Both the position numbers and the translations under genes were made by a program. DNA of 63,178 nucleotides, filler included, from Octopus bimaculoides (taxonomy: Eukaryota): the NCBI RefSeq assembly GCF_001194135.2. It is 8 parts of 8 records of this genome, joined end to end, with 100 filler letters (N's around TTAATTAATTAA, not from the genome) between each part and the next. Parts side by side here need not be neighbours in the genome. Positions count along the whole stretch, not along the records: positions 12,042 to 34,103 come from NC_069003.1; positions 34,204 to 35,998 come from NC_069007.1; positions 36,099 to 40,236 come from NC_068999.1; 5 more parts are not named here. One strand, given 5' to 3'. Below are positions 24,517 to 36,890 of the stretch, piece after piece; the stretch's first letter is position 1, and the number at the start of each line of letters is the position of its first letter. A model generated the notes under the pieces. The model had not been told where the DNA came from. It saw nothing but the letters and a program-made list of their open reading frames with translations, and did not search any database.

Positions 24517-24985
24517 TTGTGGCTGTGTGGTAAGAAGCTTACTTCCAAACCATATGGTTCTGGGTTCAGTCCCACTGTGTGGTAACCTACTATAGCCTTG
24601 GGCCAACCAAAGCCTTGTGAGTGGATTTGGTAGAAAGAAGGTGAAAGAAGCTTGTCATATGTATTGGTGTGTGTGTGTGTGTGTTTATGTGTATGTGCGC
24701 ATTTGTGTGTGTGTGCATGTGTGTGTATGTATGTGCATATAATTGTATATTTATGTGTGCATGTCTTTGTGTCTGTGTTTGTCCCCCACCACCACTTGAC
24801 AACCAGTGTTGGTATGTTTACATTTCCATAATTTAGCAGTTTGACAAAAGAAATTGATAGAATAAGTACTAAGTTTACGTGGTGGGGAGTACTGGGGGGT
24901 TAATTCATTTGACTAAATATTCTTCAAGGCAGTGCCCCAGCATGGCTCTGGTCTAATAACTGCAAAAATGTAAAAGATAAAAAAT
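24517..24985 (+). mobile_element. SINE family A, full length, diverged
   Basis: gtggctgtgtggtaagaagc...ggttcagtccc head, (TG)n centre, tail ggcagtgccccagcatggc. Confidence 0.8.
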
Positions 24986-25879
24986 ACACGGTTGAAACAA
25001 ATGAAATTTTAAAAAAAGAAAAAACAAGAAGAAAAGAATGAGTTACAAAAATGAACTGACCTATTGAATAAAAGTCAAAGGCAAGCAGAAATCAATAAAG
25101 AATGGGGGGAAAAATCACAGAATTGGTCCCCTTGAGGAAGAGTAGCTGCAGTTTAACTCCAAGTCGACTCAACTGAGCAAGCTTGCAATCAAAAGCCATT
25201 CAGCTATGACAATTCTGTTGTTTTTATATTTGTTATGAAAAAGAACACTGAAATCTGTTGGAAATTTTTGATAATCAAAATATTTATTCTGTTCATAAAT
25301 GAAAACCGAGAGAGTTTGAAGATTATTGTGCTTGTATTGGTGTAGTTGTAAGCAACAGTCAAAATGTTAGTTGGTCTTTGTGTGTTGCTGTTGCTGTCCG
25401 TCCATTGTGGATAGCTGCTGGTTGTGCTACTATCTTGTGATGCCTCTTGTTCGTTGTCTGGTCATTGCTTTTGTGTCGTTCCAGCTCTTGGATCAGCTTC
25501 CATCTGTCATTTGTTCTCATTGCGATGAGCTTTGCTGAATATACAGTGGTGGTCTGGGTCAGAAAGAAACATGCCAAAAGATGAAATTGTTGCTGGAGCC
25601 AATTCCATGCAGAGTCTTGATTGGTCAAATATTTGTTTTAATGTTGGTAATATTCCAATGAATCACAACATCAGATATAGTAATCTGATTGCCAAATATT
25701 CCGGCTACATATTTCTGAGGACAACATAGTCTAATGTATCCTTCACTTAATGAAATGATAGCATATCTTTGAGGGAAATTTGGTTGCTATTTCTAATAGG
25801 ACAAGTGACTAAATAGCGGATGACACTTTGGTTCAAATTTCCTCTTGTTTGCTGGACTCTGTTGATAATGTTTTAAGGT

Positions 25880-26860
25880 AGTGTCATTTCAGTGTTGGCA
25901 GTAGTGGTAGCGATGATAGTGCTGTTGCCGTTGCTGGTGGTGGTGCTCGTAATGTTGTTATGTTTGTTAGTGTGAAAGTGCATGGCTTAGTGGTCAGGGT
26001 ATTTGGCTCACAATCGTAATGATATGAGTTCAATTCCCAGTGGCACATTGTATCTCTGAGCAAGAAGCTTTCTTTCACATTGCTCCAGTCCCCTCAGCTG
26101 GTAAAAATGAGTAGTACCTGTATTTCAAAGGGCCAGTCTTGTCACATTCTGTGTCACACTGAATCTACATGGGAACTATGTTACAGGTACACATGTCTGT
26201 GGAGTGCTCAACCACAATTTCACGAGCCAGCTATTCCATTGATTGGCTCAACTGGAACCTTCATCATTGTAACTGACCAAGTGTCAGGTTGTTTCTGTTG
26301 GTGGCAGTGGTGGTGGAGATGGTGGCAGTAATGTGGTGCTGTCGGAAATGAAGTTGCTGATGTTGGCAGTGATAGTGCAGCAGCTGTTATGGAGATGGTG
26401 GTGATATTGGTAGTGGTGGTCATGGTGTTGTCGTCGTTAGAATGCTGGTTGTGGTGGTGGCGTTAATGCTGGTTGTAGTAATATTGGTAACCATGTAGTT
26501 GTTAGTGATGGTGGTGGTAGTGTTGTTGTCGTTGGTGATAGTGAAAATGTTGTTGATGGTGGTGATGATTAAGTGATGGTGATGGTCATGTGGTGCTGAT
26601 GGTCATGATGGCTGTGTGGTAGCAATGATGATGATGGTGGCAATAGTTGTGAAGTGTTGTTGTGGTAGTGATTATGGTAATAATGATGATGATATTGTTG
26701 ACAGTGATGACTATGGTGTTATTGTTGTTGATAGTGTCATTGGAGTTGTTGGCGGTGGTGTTGTTATTGTTGCTGATATGGTGGTAGCGGTATTGGTGGA
26801 GGTGGTAGTGGTGTTTAGAGGTTGTGCTTTTCAGTTGGATTAAATCCCAAAGTTTATAGA
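25880..26860. repeat. Degenerate (GTT/GGT/GAT)n trinucleotide region with an embedded SINE family C copy at about 25970-26290
   Basis: Low-complexity TGG/TGT/TGA triplets. Embedded catggcttagtggtcaggg...gagttcaattcc...ctgagcaag head. Confidence 0.7.
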
Positions 26861-27439
26861 ACGTTGAAGCCTTTGGTGTAATCTGGATAGTGAAAGACAA
26901 AAGGGGAGAGGGAGAGAGAGATAAACAGACAGATAGACAGGCAGACAGACAGAAAGAGAACTGAGAGAGAGAGAAAAAGAAAGTGTGAGAGAGAGACAGA
27001 CAGACAGACAGAAAGAAAAGAGAGTTGGGGAGAGAAAGAGGAGGTTTGAGAAGGAAAGAAAGCCTTATAGACATTGAGAACAAGAGGAAGTGAGAGAGAG
27101 AGAGAGAGAGTGAGAAGGAAGATAAATAAAAATTAATTATAAAAGGATTAAAAACTGCTTTAAAAAAATAGAAAAACAAACTCATTGATTAGATTTCAAC
27201 TGTTTGAAGAAGAAATAATATTTCTAATTAGTTTTCTGTTGCTGCTGCTGCTGCTGTTGTTTATGTTGTTGTTGTTGATGATCATTTAATTATTTGATTA
27301 TTTGTTAATGTATTCATTTGTTATTTGAAACTATGATTGAGACTTGGAAGAGAAATAGTTTTTTTTTTCTCTCTTTATTTGTAGTTTGTTGTTATTTCTG
27401 TAATGTGTTAAAAGGGACAGACTAGATGTTGGTAGACTA

Positions 27440-28330
27440 GTCATAGTAGATGGATGGATGGATGGATGGAGGGAGGGATAGATGGACACGTGACTGGATG
27501 GATGCATGGATAGATAGCTAGATTGTTGGATAGGTCTGCATAGAGATCTAGGTTAACAGATGTGTGGATGGATGGATGGAAAAGTTTGCCTAAACAATGA
27601 GAGAAGTAGATGAGTGGAGGGTGGATAGATAGACCAACAGATGGCCAGGTGATTGAATGAACAGAGTGACAGATGAATGGACATATGGACGGACAGATGG
27701 ACAAATGAATGGTTGGATTGTTAGATAGGTTTACACAGAGATCTGGATAAGCAAATGAGAGAAGAGATGGGTGGACAGAGGGATGGACACATAGATGGAC
27801 AAATGGATGATTGGATGGACTAGTGGTTGGACAGCTGATTGGACAAACAAACAGACAGGTGAGTGAATAGATGGACAGATGAGTGGATGGATGGTTGGAG
27901 AGGTTTACATAGAGAGCTAGATAAAAAGATGAGTGGAGGAATAGATAGATGGATGGACTAACAGACTGATGGACGATAAGATGAACAGATGATTGGAAGA
28001 GATGGACCATCCATCCATCTGCCTGTCTGACCATCCATGCAATGAGGCAGATGGATGGATGGTCCATCAGACCATCCCACTGACCATTCATCCATCCAAA
28101 CAGACAGATTGATGGATGGTCAGATGGATAGATGAATGGATGGATGGGTACATGCACTGTTGGACAGGTTTGCATAGATAACTAGATATCAAGATGAGTA
28201 GAGAGAAGAAGGATGGATGGATGCTGTGGAGATCAGTTGGATAGACACTGCATGTAGATATCAAGATGAAGCAGACAATGTGGAGATTGATGTTGACTGA
28301 ACAGCTAGATCTTGTAAGAGCTGCTAACTG
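27440..28330. repeat. Long degenerate (GGAT/GGAC/AGAT)n tetranucleotide array
   Basis: About 900 bp of gatg/ggat-based units with scattered substitutions and a short inverted (ccat)n patch near 28005-28100. Confidence 0.8.
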
Positions 28331-28714
28331 GATAAATAAAATCACTTTGTAGATAATGACGGGTGAGGTAAATACTGTGTAGAGGGCAAATGGTTAACTA
28401 GAGTGAAGGTAGAGAATGGGTAGATAATGGGTAGATAGACAGACTGTGTATGTTTTTGTCAATCTCAGATCATCTCTAATCTATGATATTATTGCTGTAA
28501 TCATACTTGCATTTTTTTTTCAAGTGCTCCTTCCTCTTTTAAATGTCAGAGAAGGATTTCACATTTAAACTGGCCACATCTGGCCCAAATATTCTACTTA
28601 TTTAATGTTCTAACTGGCCAGATCCAGCCTTTCACACTTATCATACAATGTCGTTTCAAAAATAAACAATCACATCATTGAAATCATGAAGCCACATGAT
28701 TAATTCAAAATAAT

Positions 28715-29235
28715 CATCATCATCATTTAGCGTCTGTTTTCCATGCTGGCATGGGTTAGATGGTTTGACTGGAAGTGGTCTGCTGGAGAGCTGCACCAAG
28801 CCCCAGTCTGTTTTGGCTTGGTTTCTATGGTTAGATGCCCTTCTTAATGCCAACCACTCCATAGAATGTACTGGATGTTGTTTATGTGTCACCAGCATGG
28901 GTGCCTTTTATGAGTCACTGGCACAGGTGCCTTTTATGTGTCACCAGCATGGATGTCATTAACGTTAATGGTACCTGTGCCAGTGACACATTAATATGTC
29001 ACTGGCACAGGTACCATTAATGTGTCAATGGCACAGGTACCTCTTATGAGTCACCAGCACAGGTGCCTTTTATGAGTCACCAGCACAGGTGCCTTTTATG
29101 AGTCACAGGCACCTTTAATGTGTCACTGGCACAAGTGCATTTAATGTGTCACCAGCACAAGTCCTTTAACATGCTACCGGCCTAGGTGCCATTAATGTGT
29201 CACCAACAAAGGTGCCTTTTATGCATCACCAGCAA
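28715..29235 (-). mobile_element. RTE 3' UTR with expanded 26 bp minisatellite
   Basis: RTE tail at 28715-28890 followed by about 13 units of atgtgtcaccagcacaggtgcctttt. Confidence 0.8.
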
Positions 29236-30061
29236 TATAAATAAATAAATATTACACTTGACAGAGAAATCTGATTGTCAAATGGTTTAAGAAAGATTTG
29301 ATGGCTATTTCTAGCAAAGCAAATGACCATGTACAATACATTTTTGATTAATCAAGTGTGTAAATGCCGACTGCCCAAATTCATAAACATCCAAAATCGT
29401 AAATATCTAAAAATGTAGAAGTTTAAATTTGCACTGATCACATTTGAAACTATCCAAATTTGCAAAGATCAAAAGCAAAACTGGTAATTTCCAGATTTCA
29501 GAATGTCCAAATTTATAAACATCATAAATTGCAAATTTTCAAATGCGAAAATGTGGTTCCAGTGTGTATCCATCTGTGTGCTGAACTTAATTTATATACA
29601 CCACTAAAAAGCATGAGGCTGTGGTTTTCTCTGAGAAAAATTCTCTTCATAGACATGTTGAGTTAAAAGCATGAATATCAGAGCAGTGAAGGCAAATGGT
29701 TTAGTGGTTAGAGTATCCAGCTTGCAATCGTAAGATTACATTCTGTGTCACACTGAATCTCCCTGAGAACTACATTAAGGACATGCTTGTATGTGGAATG
29801 CTCAGTCATTTGCATATTAATTTCACAAGCAGGCTGTTTTTTTTGATCAGATTAACTAGAACCCTCATTGTCATAACCAATGGAGTGCTAGTTTGTTTTA
29901 TATATCAGAGCAAGGTGAGAGTCATCCAAATAGTGACTCACAAAAAATATCTGATGTATTTTGGTCTTCTTGGGTCTTATCAATGATGTGTACCTGGTTG
30001 TCACATGCCCAGACAAAATTGTCCCCTCCAAAATATGGAGTGTATATATATATACATATAG

Positions 30062-30392
30062 AGTGAAGGCGCATGGCTCAGTGGTTAGGGCATCGAGCTT
30101 ACAATCATGAGGCTGTGAGTTCGATTCCTGGACCGGGCTACATGTTGTGCTCTTGAGCAAGACACTTTAGCTCCAGTTCACTCAGTTGTAGAAATGAGTT
30201 GCGACATCACTGGTGCCAAGCTGTATTGGCTTTTGCCTTTCCCTTAGATAACATCGGTGGTGTGGAGAGGAGAGGCCGGTATGCATGGGTGACTGCTGGC
30301 CTTCCACAAACAACCTTGCCTGGACTTGTGCCTTGGAGGGTAACTTTCTAGGTGCAATCCCATGGTCATTCAAGACAGAAGGGGGGGTCTCC
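30062..30392 (+). mobile_element. tRNA-derived SINE family C, full length
   Basis: gtgaaggcgcatggctcagtggttagggc (A box)...gagttcgattcc (B box), cttgagcaagacac body. Confidence 0.85.
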
Positions 30393-30400
30393 TCCACATG

Positions 30401-30447
<47 letters not shown>

Positions 30448-30463
30448 CATACATACACACATA

Positions 30464-31352
30464 CACGGTGCACTAGGTAAATTGTCACAATTTTATATAT
30501 TTAACTTTGCACATGCACATTGTTTGTTTATGATTTTGCTGTCTACACGGTATAGTAGGGTCAGTTGGGCACTGGCTGTGAGAAAAACAGCACCATGATG
30601 CAATTCACTCTAACAGAAATTTGGAAACGACATGTTGTACTGCTTGGTATTTGTTCTGGAAGCTCCAATATGAACATTTCAGAGTGTTTGAGTGTCAATC
30701 TGAGGACAGTGCAGCCTGAGGACATGTACTGAGAGTGATAAAAATCAAACATCCAGTCAACATCATGGTGTTAGGAGCAATCACTAGTGATGGCGATGCT
30801 ATGCCTCCATTCATCTTCTCACACTGCCTCAGACTCAACATGGAAGCCTACATCAAGTGCCTGAAGAAGGTAGTGCTGCCCTGGGTGAAGAGGGTGGCTG
30901 CTGGAATGCCCCATGTCTGCCAACAGGACTCTGCACCATGCCACACAAGCAGAAGAACCCAATCATGGCTGTCAGACAATTTCTGTGACCACATCACCCC
31001 TAACATCTGACAACCTAACTCCCCAGACTGCAACTGCCTTGATTATTATGTGTGGGGTACAGTTGAGCAAAAGACCAACAAAACTCCTTGTAACACCAAA
31101 GATGAACTAAAAGCAAGGATTATGGCAGCATTCACCAACTTAAGCAAGGAGACTGTCAAGAAGAGTTGCAAGAGATTCTGAAGTCATCTTGAGGCCGTGG
31201 TTGAAGCCAATGGCGATTTTATTGAACAAATTTACTCTTTGGTATTTCAAGATATTTTTATATAATTTTGGAAAATATATCTATTAAAATAAGATGTCAG
31301 TGTTATTTTCATTTTTGCATAATTTAGACAACAGTTTAATCATTGCAACCTG
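30464..31352 (+). mobile_element. Tc1/mariner DD37D (maT-type) element, internally deleted
   Basis: TA-flanked imperfect TIRs cacggtgc..aaattgtc / acagtttaatcattgcaacctg. QQDSAPCH...PNSPDCNCLDYYVWG with 37 residues between the second and third catalytic D. Confidence 0.85.
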
Positions 31353-31354
31353 TA

Positions 31355-32109
31355 TATTTATATATATAAAACAGAATTTGTGTGTGTGTGTGTGCACGTT
31401 CCATATGCATTTGAAAACTTAGTTGTTGATTTTGACGTATGGGGTGTCAAAAGGTTTAGTAATCTTATGGCTACCAAATAAACGTTATTTTCATTTACGT
31501 ATTTGCATTACAAAAATTTAACATTATAATCTTTCTATAAGTCAACTATAGTAAACAACATTTTATACCACCACCACTACCATCATGACGTCACATCTAT
31601 ATCTATATATTATCAGATGTCTGTGTATTTGTATGTCTGTGCATAGTGTCAATGATGGAGTGAGAGGGGAAAGAAAGAAAGAGATGAGAAAAGTGAGGAA
31701 GTGGCTCTTTACTTCTCCTTCATCACAACGTTTTTCGTTTTTCGATAGAGGGAGAAATGTAAATAGTGTGTGCGAATGATTTAGAAAGAGAGAAAGAGAG
31801 AGAGAGAGTGAAAGAAACAGACATAAACTAAAAGAGAAGAACTGTTACAGAGGGCGAGAGAGAATATGTGTGATTGAGAGAAACACAGAATGAGAAAAAG
31901 ACAAAGAGACAAGAGAAAGAAACAGAGAATGATAACAAGTTTCTATAGGAAAAGTTGAAAGAGAGAGAAATAGCAGGAGAGAGAGGGATAGCAGGAGAGA
32001 GAGAGAGTTACTAATGTTTGATACTGTATGTTCTATAGGTGAAGGTCAAAGAAAGTTGGCACAAAGAGAGGAGGAAAGCAGGAGAGAAAGAGATGTTGAT
32101 GTTTGATAC

Positions 32110-32186
<77 letters not shown>

Positions 32187-33761
32187 CATTCCACAATTAC
32201 CATTTATTTCAATCACTCTTGTAAAGATATTCACATAGCTTTCACTCAATTTTTCATTTAATTCCCATTTTAATTTTCAAAAAAATTTCCAAGTAAAATG
32301 TTCTCACTCTCTACAATAGGAGACGGGGGTAGATGTAGATGACTAGTATTCTACAGTGAAGCAAAAACGAGCACAGGTAGCCAGAGTAAGGTCACTAGAG
32401 ACCCCTGCACAATGACAGCAAAGACATGAAAATGACTGAAGGAGAGCTGCTGCATGCAGGGCCAATGAGTCACAAGAGGCATGGGAAAAACAGTTAAAAC
32501 AGTTATATCAACCAAATGCAATCTGCAGGAACCAAGAGTCAAACATTTAAAGGATGCAAGACAAAGACAAGCTGCCAGAGTTGTCTATGAGACAAAGAAA
32601 AAACCAGGAGCAAACAGTTACTGCAAGATTTCGCCAATCCTCAGAGGAAAGACGTAAGCATCTTCATCAAGATAGGCTGAATATGTTTGACAAAAGAGTT
32701 GCACCTTTTAAGGGGACTTGGAAAATATCAGCTTTCAGCTATGATCCAAAACATGATTATTCTACAGATAAAATGATTATTATCAGAGCAATGTCAAAAG
32801 AGTGCAGTTTTTGTAAAGGAAAGAAATGGGAAAGAGAAACCACTACTATGTGTTGTGGTGGAGGAACGGTTGTTTTATTGACATTTGGTACACCCCAGAT
32901 ACTTTGAAGGCATTGCTTTTGGGAAACACAACAAGGAGCATGCACTTCTTGAAAAACATTAGGAATTATAATTCTGCTTTCCAAATGACCTCCTTTAGTA
33001 GCAATATCATAAGAGAACATGAAGCCAACTTTTAAAGTTCAAGGTCAAGTATATCATCGTATTGGATCTTTGTTGCCAACTGAAGGCAAAAATCCTGTTT
33101 TTACAGCTATATTTTGTGTCAAATTACAAGGAGCAGGCTTTGCAACAGTCGTTTAACCTTCCAAATTTGAAAGAAGAGTTAATCTTTCATCTGCAAGATA
33201 TATTGCAGACAAACAATAGCTATATCAGAAGCTTTGAGTATGCATTATAATCTGCACCACCCACTGAATACAAGATAGTTATTGATGCAGACAAAAAGCC
33301 TATTGCTGAGCACAGAGGTCACTACAATGCCCCTGCTACAAATGAAATAGCAGCAATTGTTACAGGCGACAAGTATGGGAAGAGAGATATTATTATTCAA
33401 GGAAGAGGAAATAAGATTCAGCAGATAAATGCAACCCACTGATCATATATGATGCACTCCAGTATGCATTAATCTGCGTATTTGTCCTAGATGGATATCA
33501 CTTTAGGATTTAAAAAAAAAAAACTGATACGTAATTTCCTTCAAAACATATGATAGAATTTCTCTCCCTTCATAAAAGTGGTAAATTTTGTATTTTCGTT
33601 TTTTATTATCTTTTTTTTGTATTATGAATTCAGAATTGATTTCTTGATTGGAGAATAAATTGAATTTAGAATAACAAATTTCTATACAATGTATTTTGCT
33701 TTTTTCTTCCAATATATAAGGAACAATTTCATTCCTGGGCAACACCGGGTGCCTCTGCTAG
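31355..33761 (+). mobile_element. Helitron, internally deleted (Rep N-terminal region retained, 3' terminus intact)
   Basis: AFSYDPKHDY...CSFCKGKKWERETTTMCC; HFLKNIRNYNSAFQMTSF; FKVQGQVYHRIGSLLP; YNAPATNEIAAI...RDIIIQ...YDALQY. 3' hairpin cctgggcaacaccggg (33734-33749) then CTAG|T (33758-33762). 5' boundary uncertain (about 31355 or 31597). Confidence 0.85.
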
Positions 33762-33778
33762 TATATATATATATATAT

Positions 33779-33799
<21 letters not shown>

Positions 33800-33872
<73 letters not shown>

Positions 33873-34103
33873 GTTTCTTTATTAGCCACACAGGGCTCAA
33901 CACAGAGGGGACAAAATACAAATGTAGAGTTTTTCTTTTCGAGGGGGTCGAAAACAAAGCAGAAAAAAAAAACAAAAGTGGGGACAACGATGAAAAAAAA
34001 ACATCGCAAAACGTTTGGGGTATTTACAAAAAATACGAAATAATACAAAAAATTCCCAATAAATGGGGTGGTTATCCGTGGAAAGAAAAACCTACGAAAA
34101 GAC
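33800..34103 (-). mobile_element. Probable LINE 3' end with (TATC)n tail
   Basis: Minus strand ends ctgtgtggctaataaagaaac followed by (ctat)n. No coding sequence visible before the gap. Confidence 0.45.
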
Positions 34104-34286
34104 NNNNNNNNNNNNNNNNNNNNNNNNNNNNNNNNNNNNNNNNNNNNTTAATTAATTAANNNNNNNNNNNNNNNNNNNNNNNNNNNNNNNNNNNNNNNNN
34201 NNNATATATGTACAGTTGTGATAGAGGAGAAATTATTTAAAAATTATGTGAGAAAGTGAAAGAATTGAGTTTATTTTCCTCAAGAG

Positions 34287-34946
34287 ATGGCAGAAGAGAC
34301 AGGGAAATCAACAGACAGTAGTGATATCTGTGAAAAGTTATCCTCTCAAAAACGTAACATCTTGACTCCCAAACGAACTCGCAGAGTAGCAAAGACACAT
34401 CACTGTGATATTTGCGGTAAAATCTTTTCTGAAAATAATCTCTTAGTTAGACACAAACGCATACATACAGGTGAAAAACCATATCACTGTGACGCCTGTG
34501 ATAAATCATTTTCCGAAAGGAGTCACTTGACAACTCACAAACGTACACATACCGGAGAAAAACCATATCTTTGTGATATTTGTGGCAAAACATTCTATCA
34601 AAAATGTCACTTAACTGAACACAAGTACTTTCATACAGGAGAGAAGCCATTTCACTGTGATGTCTGCACTAAATCATTCTCTCGAAAAAGCCACTTGACT
34701 GCACATAAGAACATTCATACAGGAGAGAAGCCATATCACTGTGATATCTGTGGTAAATCATTCTCTGAAGGAAGTACCTTAACTAAACATAAGCGTAGCC
34801 ATTCAGGAATCAAACCTTTTAAATGTGATATCTGTGGTAAATCATTCTCTTTAGCAAGTCACTTAAACAGACACAAACTCATTCATACAGGAAACAATCC
34901 ATATCACTGTGATACTTGCTGCAAATCATTATCTATTGTAACTTAA
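34287..34946 (+). CDS. C2H2 (Kruppel-type) zinc-finger protein, 219 aa, six complete fingers plus a truncated seventh
   Basis: Repeated YHCDICGKSFS....L..HKR.H with TGEKP linkers. Open frame of 219 codons. Pyrimidine tract and AG (ttattttcctcaag) immediately before the ATG suggest a spliced 5' UTR. No KRAB or other effector domain is visible. Confidence 0.9.
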   Translation: MAEETGKSTDSSDICEKLSSQKRNILTPKRTRRVAKTHHCDICGKIFSENNLLVRHKRIHTGEKPYHCDACDKSFSERSHLTTHKRTHTGEKPYLCDICGKTFYQKCHLTEHKYFHTGEKPFHCDVCTKSFSRKSHLTAHKNIHTGEKPYHCDICGKSFSEGSTLTKHKRSHSGIKPFKCDICGKSFSLASHLNRHKLIHTGNNPYHCDTCCKSLSIVT

Positions 34947-35254
34947 CTGGACACCGGTGTGTTCATCAATACTTGATGAATCATATTTTGAATAATCCAC
35001 ATGTTTATTCAATATCTTGAATAATCCACTCAGAGAGAAGTGAATATCATGAATATAACCCTATCTATGGTAAAATATTTTCTCAAAACACCCACTCAAC
35101 TACACATGTATATATTCATACAGAAGATTAACCACATAGTGTCAAAAAATCTTCCGTAAATCTAATGTTATATAACCATCGGTGTATCTGTTAGACAAAG
35201 AAGATATAGCAATCTTCAGACACTGTATAACCATATCTCTGTCCACTTTAATGA

Positions 35255-35283
35255 AATAAATTATAACTGATATTTTTAATAAA
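35255..35283 (+). promoter_or_regulatory. Candidate polyadenylation signals for the zinc-finger gene
   Basis: AATAAA at 35255-35260 and 35278-35283, about 310 bp after the stop. The hexamer is common by chance in AT-rich DNA. Confidence 0.3.
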
Positions 35284-35319
35284 TCATTCTTTCAGATTAT
35301 TTATATATGTTCATCTAAT

Positions 35320-35700
35320 GTATAGTCTGTGGTTGTGAAGCTTGCTTGCTAACCATGTGGTCTCAAGTTCAGTCTCACTGTACAGTACTTTGGGCAAGTG
35401 ATTTTTTGTTCTCTGGCCTCAGCCTGACCAAAGCTTTGTGAGTGGATTTGGTAGATGGAAACTGGAAGAATCTCATCATATATATGTGCATGTGTGTGTT
35501 TGCGTGTACCCTTGTTTTGATATTACCCTCACACAAGCAGTGTTATTTATTTCCAAATGTCTGGCCATGAGGAAATATTACTTGGGAACAATTGAGGAAT
35601 GACCACAAGAAAGGCATTCTGCTCTAGAGAATCTTCTTCATCAAAACTCCATCTGATCCATGCAAAGTGTAGAAAAATGGATGTCAGAATAATGAACAAA
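35320..35700 (+). mobile_element. SINE with family A head and a different, RTE-like tail
   Basis: Head gcttgcttgctaaccatgtggtctcaagttcagtc..ttgggcaagtg..gtggatttggtagatggaaact. Tail aagaaaggcattctgctctagag..ccatctgatccatgcaaagtgtagaaaaatggatgtc. Confidence 0.6.
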
Positions 35701-36159
35701 CATGATTCTGTGTAATATATTTTCAGAAGGAAAATTTTATTGCAGATAAAAAGCTGAGAAATGTATTGCCATTGAAAAATGAGAACATCACTTTTTAACA
35801 TTTCAAACAATTGTACAAAACACGAAAGAAAATATTTCATCGTTATATAAGATATAGATATGTTATCTAATTGAGGTTCCCTTCCGTCTTATTTTTTGCA
35901 TGTAACACACATCTACTTGCCTTCATTCTGTCCACATCGGAAGCAAGGAAAAAAAGGTATAATTTCGTCTGGTTGGGTTGTAATGATGTGTGGATGATNN
36001 NNNNNNNNNNNNNNNNNNNNNNNNNNNNNNNNNNNNNNNNNNTTAATTAATTAANNNNNNNNNNNNNNNNNNNNNNNNNNNNNNNNNNNNNNNNNNNNGA
36101 ATATCGCCAATTTGGATTAACTTAATAATATTGTGCTGACATATTATTATTAATTTTAA

Positions 36160-36218
<59 letters not shown>

Positions 36219-36477
36219 ATGAATATATATATATATGTATGTATATGTTAATGCGATTGAAACAATTGTTGGATTTTTAAGGTGTGATATAAAATAAAGA
36301 TAAGATGTTCTTCATGCATATTATTGGTTGTTGTTAACGTTTTTGAGTGCGCACATAAAAAGCTCCTATGCTATTTATTCCAGTTACCGCTCTCTATTCC
36401 CATCTTCCAGAGAAATTTTATGGGATGTTTATTAGTCTGGTGCTGCTATAGTATAGGATGAATAGAGCAATTACAAG

Positions 36478-36731
36478 AACTTTGGGATGGAAATTCATAA
36501 ATCCTTTAATGCGTTGCTACGTAAGTTTCCACAAACCACATGTTTTTCTTGCTTGCAATATTTGCCTGAAGAAACGAACACATGTATTAATATTTCCCCT
36601 TAAAATTCATGGGTATTGTAAATCATATTTGTAAAATCATATGGATGGGGAATACGGCATCAAAACTATGTGGTTTGTGGAAACGTACGTAGCAATGCAT
36701 TAAAGGTCTTATGAATTTCCATCCAAAAGTT
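36478..36731. repeat. Foldback element, about 68 bp arms, about 115 bp spacer
   Basis: aactttgggatggaaattcataaatcctttaatgcgttgctacgtaagtttccacaaaccacat vs the reverse complement of 36662-36731. Confidence 0.85.
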
Positions 36732-36824
36732 ATTATATATATATATACATACGTGCATACCTACCTACCTACCTACCTACCTACCTACCTACATACATAC
36801 ATACATACATACACACACATACAT

Positions 36825-36889
<65 letters not shown>

Positions 36890-36890
<1 letters not shown>

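Noticed and set aside
30062-30135. Possible tRNA genes (also 36958, 50741, 60116)
   Set aside because: A/B boxes are present, but acceptor and T stems pair poorly and each continues into a repeat body. These are SINE heads.
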